From contig DATBMA010000062.1 of NCBI GenBank assembly GCA_036555105.1, forward strand, positions 7,063 to 71,062: a stretch of 64,000 nucleotides of DNA, read 5' to 3'. The position numbers were made by a program, and so were the translations under genes. The stretch comes from Acidimicrobiia bacterium. Its GTDB lineage: Bacteria; Actinomycetota; Acidimicrobiia; Spongiisociales; ZC4RG35. Of the stretch, positions 5,545 through 14,347 are shown piece by piece. The notes beneath the pieces are model-generated. The model was not told the origin of the DNA. It worked only from the letters and a program-made list of their open reading frames with translations, and did no database searches. How positions within the stretch are numbered: the first letter of the stretch is position 1; each line of letters starts with the position of its first letter.

Positions 5545-8508
5545 GTGAGTGAGGAGCGGAGGATCGGGCCGGCCGAATGGCCCGAGGCGATAGAGGCGAC
5601 CGACGGCCCCCAGCTGGTGGTGGCCGGCCCCGGCACGGGCAAGACCGAGTTTCTGGTGCAACGGGCGGTGCACTTGATCCGGTCCGGCCGGGCAAGGTCT
5701 GACCAGATCCTGGTGCTGTCCTTCTCCCGGCGGGCGGCGACCGACCTACGCAACCGGATCGGGGCTGGGGTCGAGGGCTCGTGGACTGGGATCGCCGCGT
5801 CGACCTTCCACTCCTTCGCCTTCAGGCTGCTCGAGGCCCATTCGGAAAGGGCGCTGGGGTGGCCTTCGATGCCGTCGCTCCTGACTGGGCCTGAACAGGT
5901 CGCTCTGGTTCATCATCTCCTTCGCGAGGAGGACAGTGAGGACTGGCCATCTGACCTCGGCGCCTTTCTGGGAACCCAGACGCTGGCGGTGGAGCTGAGC
6001 GACCTGATCATGAGGACTCGCGAGCTGTTGCTCGATGGGACAGCGTTGGCGGCGATGGGAGTGCCTGAATGGCAGGCCATCCCCTCCTTCCTCCAAGCGT
6101 ACGACCGCAGGCTCGAGGCCGAGGGCAGGATCGACTACGGGACCTTGCTGCTGAGAGCCGCGCAATGCCTCGAGTCGGGGGTGGCCGCCGAGGCCGAAGA
6201 GCAGTACCCCTACGTGTTGGTCGACGAGTTCCAGGACACCACCGTCGTCCAGGCCCGGATGCTCGACCTCCTCACCGCCAGTCGCCGCAACCTCACAGTG
6301 GCAGCCGATCCCTATCAGTCCATCTACGGCTTCCGGGGGGCCGCGATCGACAACGTGATCTCGTTCGTGGAACGCTTCGGTGGAGGCCGTGAGCCTCGTC
6401 GGTGGGTGCTGGCGGAAAGCTTTCGGGTCCCGGCCCCGATCCTGGAGTCGGCCCTGCGGGTGGTGGCGGGTGGGGCCCTTCCTGGCGGGGCCGGCGTGGT
6501 ACTCCCGGCCGGGCATGGCGGCCAGGTTGGGGCATATGTGTTCGACCAGGCGACTGCCGAAGCGGAGTGGATCGCAACCGAGGTCGAGCGGATGCACCTC
6601 GAGGAGGCCGTGCCCTATTCGGCGATGGCGGTCCTGGTCCGCTCCAAGCGCCACCTGCTGCCAGAGCTGTCGAGGGCGCTTGACCGGCGCAACATCCCCC
6701 ATGACCCTCCCGACTCGAGGCTGGCCGACCACCCGGCGGTGCGGATGGTCCTCGACCTCGTCACCGCCGCCACCGACACTGATCCGGAGGAAGTCGACCG
6801 GGCGGTGCGCAGGCTCCTGCTGGGACCGCTCTTCGCCCTCTCGCTCAGCCAGGAGCGCGAGATCTGGCGCATGCGGCGCCGCACCGACAGAGACTGGCCG
6901 CAGCTGCTGAGAGAGACGCTGCCGGAGGGCTCCGCTCTGGCCGGCTTGATCGAAGACCCGGCCTGGGCCGGCCAGGAGGCTGCCGCCGACGGGTTCTGGA
7001 AGGTCTGGTCGCGACTGCCTCAGTTCGGTCGCGTGGTGCACGAGCCCGGGTTCGAGGAGCATCGGGCAGCCCTGGCCTCGCTCGCCCAGTCGCTCACCCA
7101 GCAGAGCGAGCGCGATCCCCGAGTGACGCTGAGGGACTATGGCCGAATGGCGGCCGAGGAGGACTTCGAGGCCACCCCGCTCCTCTCGTTTCGCGCACAC
7201 CAGCCCCACTTGACCCTCACCACGCTCCACCAGGCCAAGGGTCTCGAGTTCGACACCGTCTTCATCGCCGACGCCATCGAAGGCCTGTTCCCCGACAACC
7301 GCCGCACCCAGGCTCTGATCAGGCTCGAACTCCTCACGAGACGCGATGACGACCCCGAGGGCAGGCGGGCGCGCCTCCAGGAGGAGATGCGCCTGGCCTA
7401 CACAGCCATGACCCGGGCAAGGCGCCGGGTGGTCTGGTCGGCGACCTCCGCCGGTCTGGACGAAACCGAAAACCGCCCCTCACGCTTCCTGTTGGCGGCA
7501 GCCGGTGTTTCCCAAGTGGATGAGCTCGTCAGTCCCCCGGCCGAGGCGACCAAGCCGCTGACGGCGGCAGCCGCACAAGCATTCCTACGCCGCACGCTGA
7601 CGGACGCCGCCGCACCGGCTCCTGCTCGAGTAGCCGCGCTGGCAGCCCTGTCCCACCCGCCGGCGGGAGACTGGTGGGAGCCACGACGTTTCCCCGGCGT
7701 AGCCGAGCGCGGCCCCGATCACGGGGTCATCTCGTTGCCCATCGTCCTTTCCCCGAGCCAGGCCGACTCCTACGAGTCCTGCCCGCGCCGCTACGTGCTG
7801 GAGAAGCGCCTGGGCCTGCAAGGAGGCGACAGCCCGTATGCCCAATTCGGCCGGCTGATCCACACAGTCCTCGAGCGAGCCGAGAGTGCTGCCAGGGTGA
7901 GCGGGCTCCCCCACGCCCAGTTGGAGACCGCCCTTGCCAAGCTGGCCGAGGTGTGGGCGAAGGAGGCCGACTTCGGAAGCCCCGTCCTCACCGAGGCATG
8001 GGAGATGCGCGGCGCCAAGTTGCTCACCATCCTCTATGAGGCGTGGCCGCCTCCGGAGGGCACCGAGTTGCTCGCCGTCGAGAAGAGCCTCGAGTGGACG
8101 CTTGACGAGATCAAGTGGTGGGGGCGGGCCGATCGGATCGAGCGGCTCCCCACCGGTGGGCTGCGGGTCATCGACTACAAAACGACCACCAGTCCCCCCA
8201 CCACCGGGGAGGCAGCCGAGTCCCTCCAGCTCGGCTTCTATCTCTGCGCAGTCGCAGACGATCCCGAGATGGCGGCCTGGGGCGAGCCGGAGGCAGCCCA
8301 GATGTGGTTCCCGCTCGGCGGCAAGAGGCCGGCGGTGCGCGACTTCGAGGTCGCCAAGCTCGAGGGGGTGGGCCATCGCCTCCTCGAGGTCGAACGGGGG
8401 ATCAAGGCAGAGGAGTGGCCGGCCCGGCCCTCCAAGGATTGCGGCCGCTGCTCGGTCAAGCTCGTCTGCCCGGCATGGCCCGAGGGAAGAGAGGCCTACC
8501 TCCCATGA
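5545..8508 (+). CDS. adnA: AdnA-like subunit of an ATP-dependent helicase-nuclease: an N-terminal UvrD/PcrA-type SF1 helicase and a C-terminal RecB-type nuclease with Fe-S cysteines.
   Basis: It has the Walker A motif GPGTGKTEF, UvrD-family helicase motifs (DEFQDT), the C-terminal nuclease motif RVIDYKTT and a Cys cluster KDCGRCSVKLVCP. Its stop TGA overlaps the start of the next gene (ATGA at 8505-8508). Confidence 0.75.
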   Translation: MSEERRIGPAEWPEAIEATDGPQLVVAGPGTGKTEFLVQRAVHLIRSGRARSDQILVLSFSRRAATDLRNRIGAGVEGSWTGIAASTFHSFAFRLLEAHSERALGWPSMPSLLTGPEQVALVHHLLREEDSEDWPSDLGAFLGTQTLAVELSDLIMRTRELLLDGTALAAMGVPEWQAIPSFLQAYDRRLEAEGRIDYGTLLLRAAQCLESGVAAEAEEQYPYVLVDEFQDTTVVQARMLDLLTASRRNLTVAADPYQSIYGFRGAAIDNVISFVERFGGGREPRRWVLAESFRVPAPILESALRVVAGGALPGGAGVVLPAGHGGQVGAYVFDQATAEAEWIATEVERMHLEEAVPYSAMAVLVRSKRHLLPELSRALDRRNIPHDPPDSRLADHPAVRMVLDLVTAATDTDPEEVDRAVRRLLLGPLFALSLSQEREIWRMRRRTDRDWPQLLRETLPEGSALAGLIEDPAWAGQEAAADGFWKVWSRLPQFGRVVHEPGFEEHRAALASLAQSLTQQSERDPRVTLRDYGRMAAEEDFEATPLLSFRAHQPHLTLTTLHQAKGLEFDTVFIADAIEGLFPDNRRTQALIRLELLTRRDDDPEGRRARLQEEMRLAYTAMTRARRRVVWSATSAGLDETENRPSRFLLAAAGVSQVDELVSPPAEATKPLTAAAAQAFLRRTLTDAAAPAPARVAALAALSHPPAGDWWEPRRFPGVAERGPDHGVISLPIVLSPSQADSYESCPRRYVLEKRLGLQGGDSPYAQFGRLIHTVLERAESAARVSGLPHAQLETALAKLAEVWAKEADFGSPVLTEAWEMRGAKLLTILYEAWPPPEGTELLAVEKSLEWTLDEIKWWGRADRIERLPTGGLRVIDYKTTTSPPTTGEAAESLQLGFYLCAVADDPEMAAWGEPEAAQMWFPLGGKRPAVRDFEVAKLEGVGHRLLEVERGIKAEEWPARPSKDCGRCSVKLVCPAWPEGREAYLP

Positions 8509-11500
8509 CCTTCGAACCGACGCCCGAGCAGCAGGCGGTCATCGACGCCCCCACCGGTCCGCTGCGGGTGTCGGCCGGCGCGGGAACCGGCAAGACCACC
8601 ACCATCGCCCTGCGGGTGGCATCAATGGTGACCAATGGCGGAGTCGCCCCCGAGGAGGTCCTCGGGGTCACGTTCACCAACAAGGCGGCCGGCGAGCTGT
8701 CCGACCGGATCCGATTCCATCTCGCCTCCCGTGTCGAGGCCGGACAGGAGGTCGAGGTCCGCACCTATCACGGCTTCGCCGCCCAGATCGTCCGGGAGTT
8801 CGGCGTGCTGATCGGGATCGAACGGGGCACCAAGGTCATCAGCCCCACCTACAGCCGCCAGCTGCTGCTGGAAGTGATGCGGCGCCATCGCCTGCCCGGC
8901 GTCGACCAGACCTACTTCCAGGTCGTGGGGAGGATGCTCCGACTGTCGTCCAGCCTCGGCGACCACCTCCTGACCGCCAGAGAGGTGGCGGCCCCTGAGG
9001 GAGCCGGCGGGGCCTGGGTGGAGCGGGCGGGGCTGTTGGAAGGCCTTCGCCACTACGAGTTGGAGAAGAGGCGGCTGGGGGTGGCCGACTACGGCGATCT
9101 GATCACCGGCGCCCACCGGGTCTTGATCGAGCGGCCGGAGACGGCCGCCCGCATCTCCGCCCGGTACCGGGTCGTCCTGCTCGACGAGTATCAGGACACC
9201 AACCCGGCCCAGCGAAAGATGCTCCAGGCGCTCTTTCCATCCGGGCACTCGGTGACCGCGGTCGGGGACACGGACCAGACCATCTATGAATGGAGGGGAG
9301 CCTCCCTCGACAACTTCAGGAGCTTCCCCCTTCACTTTCCGTCGGCCTCAGGCCATCCGGCGCCGACCCTTCCCCTCACCTTCAACCGGCGGTCCGGTAC
9401 CAGGATCATCGAAGTGGCGAACGCCATCCGCGACCAGATCGGGTCGGACTCGGCCCCGCTGCAGCCCAAGCCCGACGCCCCCGAAGGCGGGGTGGAGACC
9501 GCTTGGTGGCGAACCTCGGTCGACGAGGCCGAATGGATAGCCACCCGGCTGGAGGAGTTGCACGAATCGATGCGCTGGCGCGACGCGGCGGTCCTGTTCC
9601 GCAAGAACAAGGACATCCCGTTGATCCTGGAGACTCTTGGCCGCCACGAGATCCCGGTCGAGGTCGCCAATCTGGGTGGGCTGCTCTCGGTTCCCGAGGT
9701 GACCGACCTCCACTGCTGGCTGCGGATCCTGGCGGATCCCGAGGACGGTCCCGCCTTGGCCAGGGTGATGCTTGGGTCCGGCTACCGGCTGGGCCTGGCC
9801 GACCTGGCCGCACTGGCCAGGTGGGTTCGAAGCCTGCGGCCCAGGCGACCCGAGCGTGATGACGAGGCGGGGCCCTCGCCGATCGAAGCCGTCGACCGAC
9901 TCGAAGACGTGGCCGGCCTCCGACCGGAGGCGGCACCGGTCCTCCAGTCGTTCCGCGCCACCTACAGAGCGCTGTTGGTGGCCGCCCAGGGATCATCCCT
10001 GGTGGAGTTGTGCCGGACGGTGCTCGAGGCCACCCGCGCCTGGTCCCACGTCGATGCCTTGCCCAGCGCATCGAGGCTTAGTGCCCGGCTCAACCTCTAC
10101 AGATTCCTCGATCTGGCAGAGGACTGGTCGCCGTTGGAGGGGCGCCCCTCGTTGGATGCATTCCTGCTCTTCCTCGCCGACTCGGCGGACGCCGAGGCCG
10201 ACGAGCTCGATCCGGCGCGGCTGTCTGGCGCCGATGCAGTCACCCTGGTGACGGTCCACCGAGCCAAGGGCTTGGAGTGGGAAGCCGTCTTCCTGCCCGC
10301 CGTCCACAAGGACAACTTCCCTTCCCGGCAGATCAACTCGGACAATCCGCGCAAGAACGCCCAGTCCCTGCCCTATGAGCTGCGCCTCGACGCCGGCGAC
10401 CTGCCTGGCCCGGAGATGACCGACGCCAAGTTCGAGGCCGCGGTCCGCGAGCGTCACCTCCAGCAGGAGTGGCGAGTGGCGTACGTCGCCGCCACCAGGG
10501 CCAAGAGCCTCCTGGCGGTGAGCGGCGCCTTTTGGGGGGGCAGCCCCGAGCCGAACACCAACCCGCGGGAGCCCAGCCCGCTGTTCGAGCTCGTCGACAG
10601 CCATCCGATGTCAAGGCAAGTGAACTTCGAACCCGATCCGGGCGAGCAGCCCGAGCTGCTCGGACTCGAGCCGACGGCCCCCTCCCCTGATCCCACCTTC
10701 GCCAGCGGTTGGGAGGAGGCCATGCGACGCGCCATCGCCGACCCCGCCTACCCGGCCCAGCTGGCTGACGAGCTGAAGGTGTCCGACGCGTTCGAGCGCA
10801 GATTGGCCGACGAGGAGGCGACCCTGTTCGACCTACCCCAACTCCCGGGCGAGGAGGCCTCCGCTACTCCCATCGTCTCGGTGACCGGGCTGGTCACCTA
10901 TGCATCCTGTCCCCTCCGGTACAGGTGGTCGGAGGTCGACCGACTGCCCCAGCGACGCTCACCGGCGGCCAGGCGCGGGTCCGAGGTGCACCGGCGCATC
11001 GAGCTCCACAACCTGGGAGTGGTCCCGCTCGACGATCTCGCCTTCGACACATATGACGCCACTTCCGACGTCACCACCGCCGCAGGACAGGACGAACGAC
11101 CTCACGACCCCATGGTCTCTTTCCTCGGCTCGCGCTTCTCGACCGACAGGCCCCTGCTGACAGAGGCCCCGTTCGAGTTGCGACTCAATTCGGGCACCAA
11201 GGTGCGCGGGCGGATCGATGCCGTGTACGAGAGCTCGGAGGGAATCTGGGAGGTGGTCGACTTCAAGACCGGCCCGCCGAGCGCCGACCCGGCCACCCGC
11301 GTGCAGCTGCAGGCATACGCGGTGGCGGTCGAGGACGTCCCGTTTCGCAGCAATCCGCCCGATGATGTGACCGTCACCTTCGCCCACCTAGGCAAGGAGG
11401 CAATCGAGCTGAGCGAGCACGTCGATGAAGCCTGGCTGCAGGAGGCGCGAGAACATCTGGATCAGCTGACGGCCGGGATCGAGGCGCAGGCCTACCCGGC

Positions 11501-11573
11501 CACCCCGGGTCCCGGCTGCGCGAGCTGTGACTTCTTCGGCTTCTGCGCCGCCGGCCAGGCCTATCTCAGCTGA
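8505..11573 (+). CDS. adnB: AdnB-like subunit of an ATP-dependent helicase-nuclease (UvrD-like helicase fused to a RecB nuclease with Fe-S cysteines).
   Basis: The start was set at ATG 8505 (reading MTFEPTPEQQAVIDAP), in frame with the track ORF 8115-11573, whose upstream extension is Arg/Gly-rich. It has the Walker A motif GAGTGKTTT and DEYQDT, the C-terminal nuclease motif EVVDFKTG and the cysteines PGCASCDFFGFC. Confidence 0.75.
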   Translation: MTFEPTPEQQAVIDAPTGPLRVSAGAGTGKTTTIALRVASMVTNGGVAPEEVLGVTFTNKAAGELSDRIRFHLASRVEAGQEVEVRTYHGFAAQIVREFGVLIGIERGTKVISPTYSRQLLLEVMRRHRLPGVDQTYFQVVGRMLRLSSSLGDHLLTAREVAAPEGAGGAWVERAGLLEGLRHYELEKRRLGVADYGDLITGAHRVLIERPETAARISARYRVVLLDEYQDTNPAQRKMLQALFPSGHSVTAVGDTDQTIYEWRGASLDNFRSFPLHFPSASGHPAPTLPLTFNRRSGTRIIEVANAIRDQIGSDSAPLQPKPDAPEGGVETAWWRTSVDEAEWIATRLEELHESMRWRDAAVLFRKNKDIPLILETLGRHEIPVEVANLGGLLSVPEVTDLHCWLRILADPEDGPALARVMLGSGYRLGLADLAALARWVRSLRPRRPERDDEAGPSPIEAVDRLEDVAGLRPEAAPVLQSFRATYRALLVAAQGSSLVELCRTVLEATRAWSHVDALPSASRLSARLNLYRFLDLAEDWSPLEGRPSLDAFLLFLADSADAEADELDPARLSGADAVTLVTVHRAKGLEWEAVFLPAVHKDNFPSRQINSDNPRKNAQSLPYELRLDAGDLPGPEMTDAKFEAAVRERHLQQEWRVAYVAATRAKSLLAVSGAFWGGSPEPNTNPREPSPLFELVDSHPMSRQVNFEPDPGEQPELLGLEPTAPSPDPTFASGWEEAMRRAIADPAYPAQLADELKVSDAFERRLADEEATLFDLPQLPGEEASATPIVSVTGLVTYASCPLRYRWSEVDRLPQRRSPAARRGSEVHRRIELHNLGVVPLDDLAFDTYDATSDVTTAAGQDERPHDPMVSFLGSRFSTDRPLLTEAPFELRLNSGTKVRGRIDAVYESSEGIWEVVDFKTGPPSADPATRVQLQAYAVAVEDVPFRSNPPDDVTVTFAHLGKEAIELSEHVDEAWLQEAREHLDQLTAGIEAQAYPATPGPGCASCDFFGFCAAGQAYLS

Positions 11574-12021
11574 TCCGGCCTTCCCTCACCTCGATGACGA
11601 GCGTCACCGGACCGTCGTTGACGAGTTCCACCTCCATGTGGGAGCCGAAATGCCCGACGGCCACTGCCAACCCGTTCGATCGGATCCGCTCAACCAGCCG
11701 TTGCACCAGGGATGCCGCTACAGCCGGGGGCGCCGCCCGGGTGAAGGACGGACGCCTCCCCCGGCGCAAGTCGGCCGCGAGAGTGAATTGGCTGATGACC
11801 AGGGCCTGACCGCCCACGTCGCGCAGCGAGCGATTCATCAGCCCTCCCTGATCGGCGAAGATGCGCAGATCGACCAGCTTCGCCGCGAGGGCGTCGACGT
11901 CAGCCTCGCCATCGCCTTCCTCCATGGCCACCAAGACGACGAGGCCGAGGCCGATTGACCCGATCGTCGTCCCCGCCACCGACACCTGGGCTCGGCTCAC
12001 CCTCTGCACCACGGCGCGCAT
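11566..12021 (-). CDS. dtd: D-aminoacyl-tRNA deacylase.
   Basis: It begins MRAVVQRVSRAQVSV, carries the SQFTL motif and is 151 aa long. Confidence 0.9.
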   Translation of the reverse strand: MRAVVQRVSRAQVSVAGTTIGSIGLGLVVLVAMEEGDGEADVDALAAKLVDLRIFADQGGLMNRSLRDVGGQALVISQFTLAADLRRGRRPSFTRAAPPAVAASLVQRLVERIRSNGLAVAVGHFGSHMEVELVNDGPVTLVIEVREGRIS

Positions 12022-12058
12022 GAGGGAGTAGAAGGTAACGATCCCGTACCATCCGGAC

Positions 12059-14347
12059 GTGGCTCAGGCCGAAGGGGCAGCCTCGACTCCGCTGTGGCCG
12101 TCCGAGTCCGACGGCTCGGCGACGGCCGTCGTGCTGATCGATGCCTCGAGCCGGCTCGAGGAGAACCTCCTCCGGCAGTGGGTTGAGCTTCGGCGCCCCC
12201 CCGGTCAACAGGTCGATGTCTTCGACGTCACCTCCAGCCGCCGAAGGCGGCGGGCGGTGAGAACCTCGCCGGCTGTGGTCGAGCGCCTCGAGAGGGGTGA
12301 CGACCCGCTCGTGTTCGCCATCCGACTTGCGTGGTCCCCATCCGAGCGCGACGGGACGCGTTCTGCCAGGTGGACCGACCTGCTGAAGCTGGGCGATCCC
12401 CGCGACCCGGGGTTCATCCGCCAGCGGGTAATCGCCGGGCGACGACCCGATCGGATGGCGATCGTCGTCGGCGAAGCCGTTCTTGCCTCCCGCGCCCTCG
12501 CCGACCACGGCTCGCACCGCGAGAACATCGACCCGGTCGAGTTCATCACCTTGCGGGCCTGGCGGAGCCTGGAGCGGGCCGAGCGGGCCCTGCGCGGCAA
12601 CCGGTACAAGGTCCCCAAGTTCGTGCATGAGGAGCTGACTGCCCGCAGCGAGTTCCGAGGTGGAGCAGAGGAATCTGGCAGCGCGATGGGACTGGATCCC
12701 GAGCAGTCCATGCGGAAGGCCGGGGCCTATCTGGATGAGATGGCCGCTTCCCACAGCACCTTCCTGATCGACCTCATCGCCAACGCCATTCATGCCCTTT
12801 ACCGCCAGGGCTACAACGAGATCCGGTACGACCCGGCCGACCTCGCCGAGGTGGCCGCCCTAGGTCAAGAGCATCCGGTGGTGTTCCTTCCTTCCCATCG
12901 CTCCAATCTGGACCGGCTGGCTCTCCAGTATCTGCTCTGGGAGAACGATCTCCCACCCAACCACACCGCCGGCGGGATCAACATGGACTTCTTTCCGGTG
13001 GGCCCGCTGGTGAGGAGAACAGGTGTCTTCTTCATCCGACGCTCGTTCAAGGACAATCCCTTGTACAAGTTCGTTTTGCAGTCCTACCTCGACTACCTGC
13101 TCCAGAAGCGCTTCACCCTCGAGTGGTACCTGGAGGGAGGTCGCTCTCGCAGCGGGAAGCTCCTGCCTCCGCGGTTCGGGTTGCTCGCCTACGTCGTGGA
13201 CAGCTGGCGCCGGGGCAAGGCCGAGGATGTGATGCTGGTCCCGGTATCCATCTCCTACGACCAGATCCAGGATCTCTCCGCCTACACCGACGAGGCCAAG
13301 GGGCAAGCGAAGGAGAAGGAAACCCTGGGGTGGGTGATCCGCGGGGTCTCCTCCTTGCGGCGACGCTACGGGGACATCCACGTCGCCTTCGCGGATCCCC
13401 TGTCGCTGGTCAAGGAGCTGGGACCTGCCCCCGACAGCCCAGATGACCTCGACATCGCCAAGCTGGGACTCGAGGTCATGTACCGCATCTCACGGGTCAC
13501 ACCCATCACGCCCGCTTCGGTGGTGGTGACCGCGGTCCTCGAGGCCGATGGCGCCCCCGCCTCGATCGAGGAGATCGGCAGACGTGCTCATGCCATGCAA
13601 CAGCTGATCGAGCAACACCGACTTCCGACGACCGACCGGCTGGGTTTCGCCGACCTCGCCGAGGTGAGGAGGGTGCTGACCCTGCTCGCCTCACACGGCA
13701 ATGTCACCCTCGCCTCCGATGGCTCCCTCCCCTCCCAGCTGACCGACGATCAGGTACTCCGGGCGTCGTACTACCGGAACGCAATCGTCCATCACTTCCT
13801 GTCTCGGGCCATCAGCGAGATGGCCCTGGCAGGAACCAGCCCTCTGGTCCCGGAGGAGTTCTGGGAGGAAGTGGGGCGGTTGCGCGACCTTCTGAAGTTC
13901 GAATTCTTCTTCCCCGAGAAGGAAGAATTCAAGATGGGGATCGAGCGCGACCTGGATACCGCATGCCCTGGCTGGCTCGACGCCCTGGCTGAACCTGCCC
14001 TGATCCTCGAACGTCTGCAGCCCCCGGTGGCGGGGTGGGCGATCGCTCCTTTTCTCGAGGCCTATCAGATCGCGGCCGACGTCTTGCTCGAATGGGAAGG
14101 AGAGCTGGAGGACAAACAGTTCCTCGCCGCCTGTCAGCGGCGAGGGGTGTCGTATCGGGGGGAACGCCGCGTCACCGCCGCCAGCGTCTCCCAGCCGCTC
14201 TTCGAGCAGGCGCTGGGCCTCGCCCGACACCGGAGCCTGCTCGAGGCCGGATTCAAAGAGAGAGAGCAGTTCGCCGCCGAGGTGGGGGACGCCTTGGGGA
14301 GAGCGAGGTCGAGGGTCAGCCGCGCCCAACCAGCTGCAGCTGGCTGA
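12059..14347 (+). CDS. plsB: Glycerol-3-phosphate acyltransferase (PlsB-like).
   Basis: It is 762 aa long, has a GTG start and carries the acyltransferase HX4D motif (LPSHRSNLDRL). Confidence 0.7.
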   Translation: MAQAEGAASTPLWPSESDGSATAVVLIDASSRLEENLLRQWVELRRPPGQQVDVFDVTSSRRRRRAVRTSPAVVERLERGDDPLVFAIRLAWSPSERDGTRSARWTDLLKLGDPRDPGFIRQRVIAGRRPDRMAIVVGEAVLASRALADHGSHRENIDPVEFITLRAWRSLERAERALRGNRYKVPKFVHEELTARSEFRGGAEESGSAMGLDPEQSMRKAGAYLDEMAASHSTFLIDLIANAIHALYRQGYNEIRYDPADLAEVAALGQEHPVVFLPSHRSNLDRLALQYLLWENDLPPNHTAGGINMDFFPVGPLVRRTGVFFIRRSFKDNPLYKFVLQSYLDYLLQKRFTLEWYLEGGRSRSGKLLPPRFGLLAYVVDSWRRGKAEDVMLVPVSISYDQIQDLSAYTDEAKGQAKEKETLGWVIRGVSSLRRRYGDIHVAFADPLSLVKELGPAPDSPDDLDIAKLGLEVMYRISRVTPITPASVVVTAVLEADGAPASIEEIGRRAHAMQQLIEQHRLPTTDRLGFADLAEVRRVLTLLASHGNVTLASDGSLPSQLTDDQVLRASYYRNAIVHHFLSRAISEMALAGTSPLVPEEFWEEVGRLRDLLKFEFFFPEKEEFKMGIERDLDTACPGWLDALAEPALILERLQPPVAGWAIAPFLEAYQIAADVLLEWEGELEDKQFLAACQRRGVSYRGERRVTAASVSQPLFEQALGLARHRSLLEAGFKEREQFAAEVGDALGRARSRVSRAQPAAAG

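Noticed and set aside
8115-8504. The N-terminal extension of the second helicase-nuclease gene (the track start at 8115).
   Set aside because: The extension overlaps the adnA-like C-terminus in another frame and is Arg/Gly-rich. A conserved ATG at 8505 forms an ATGA overlap with the upstream stop and begins a UvrD-like N-terminus.
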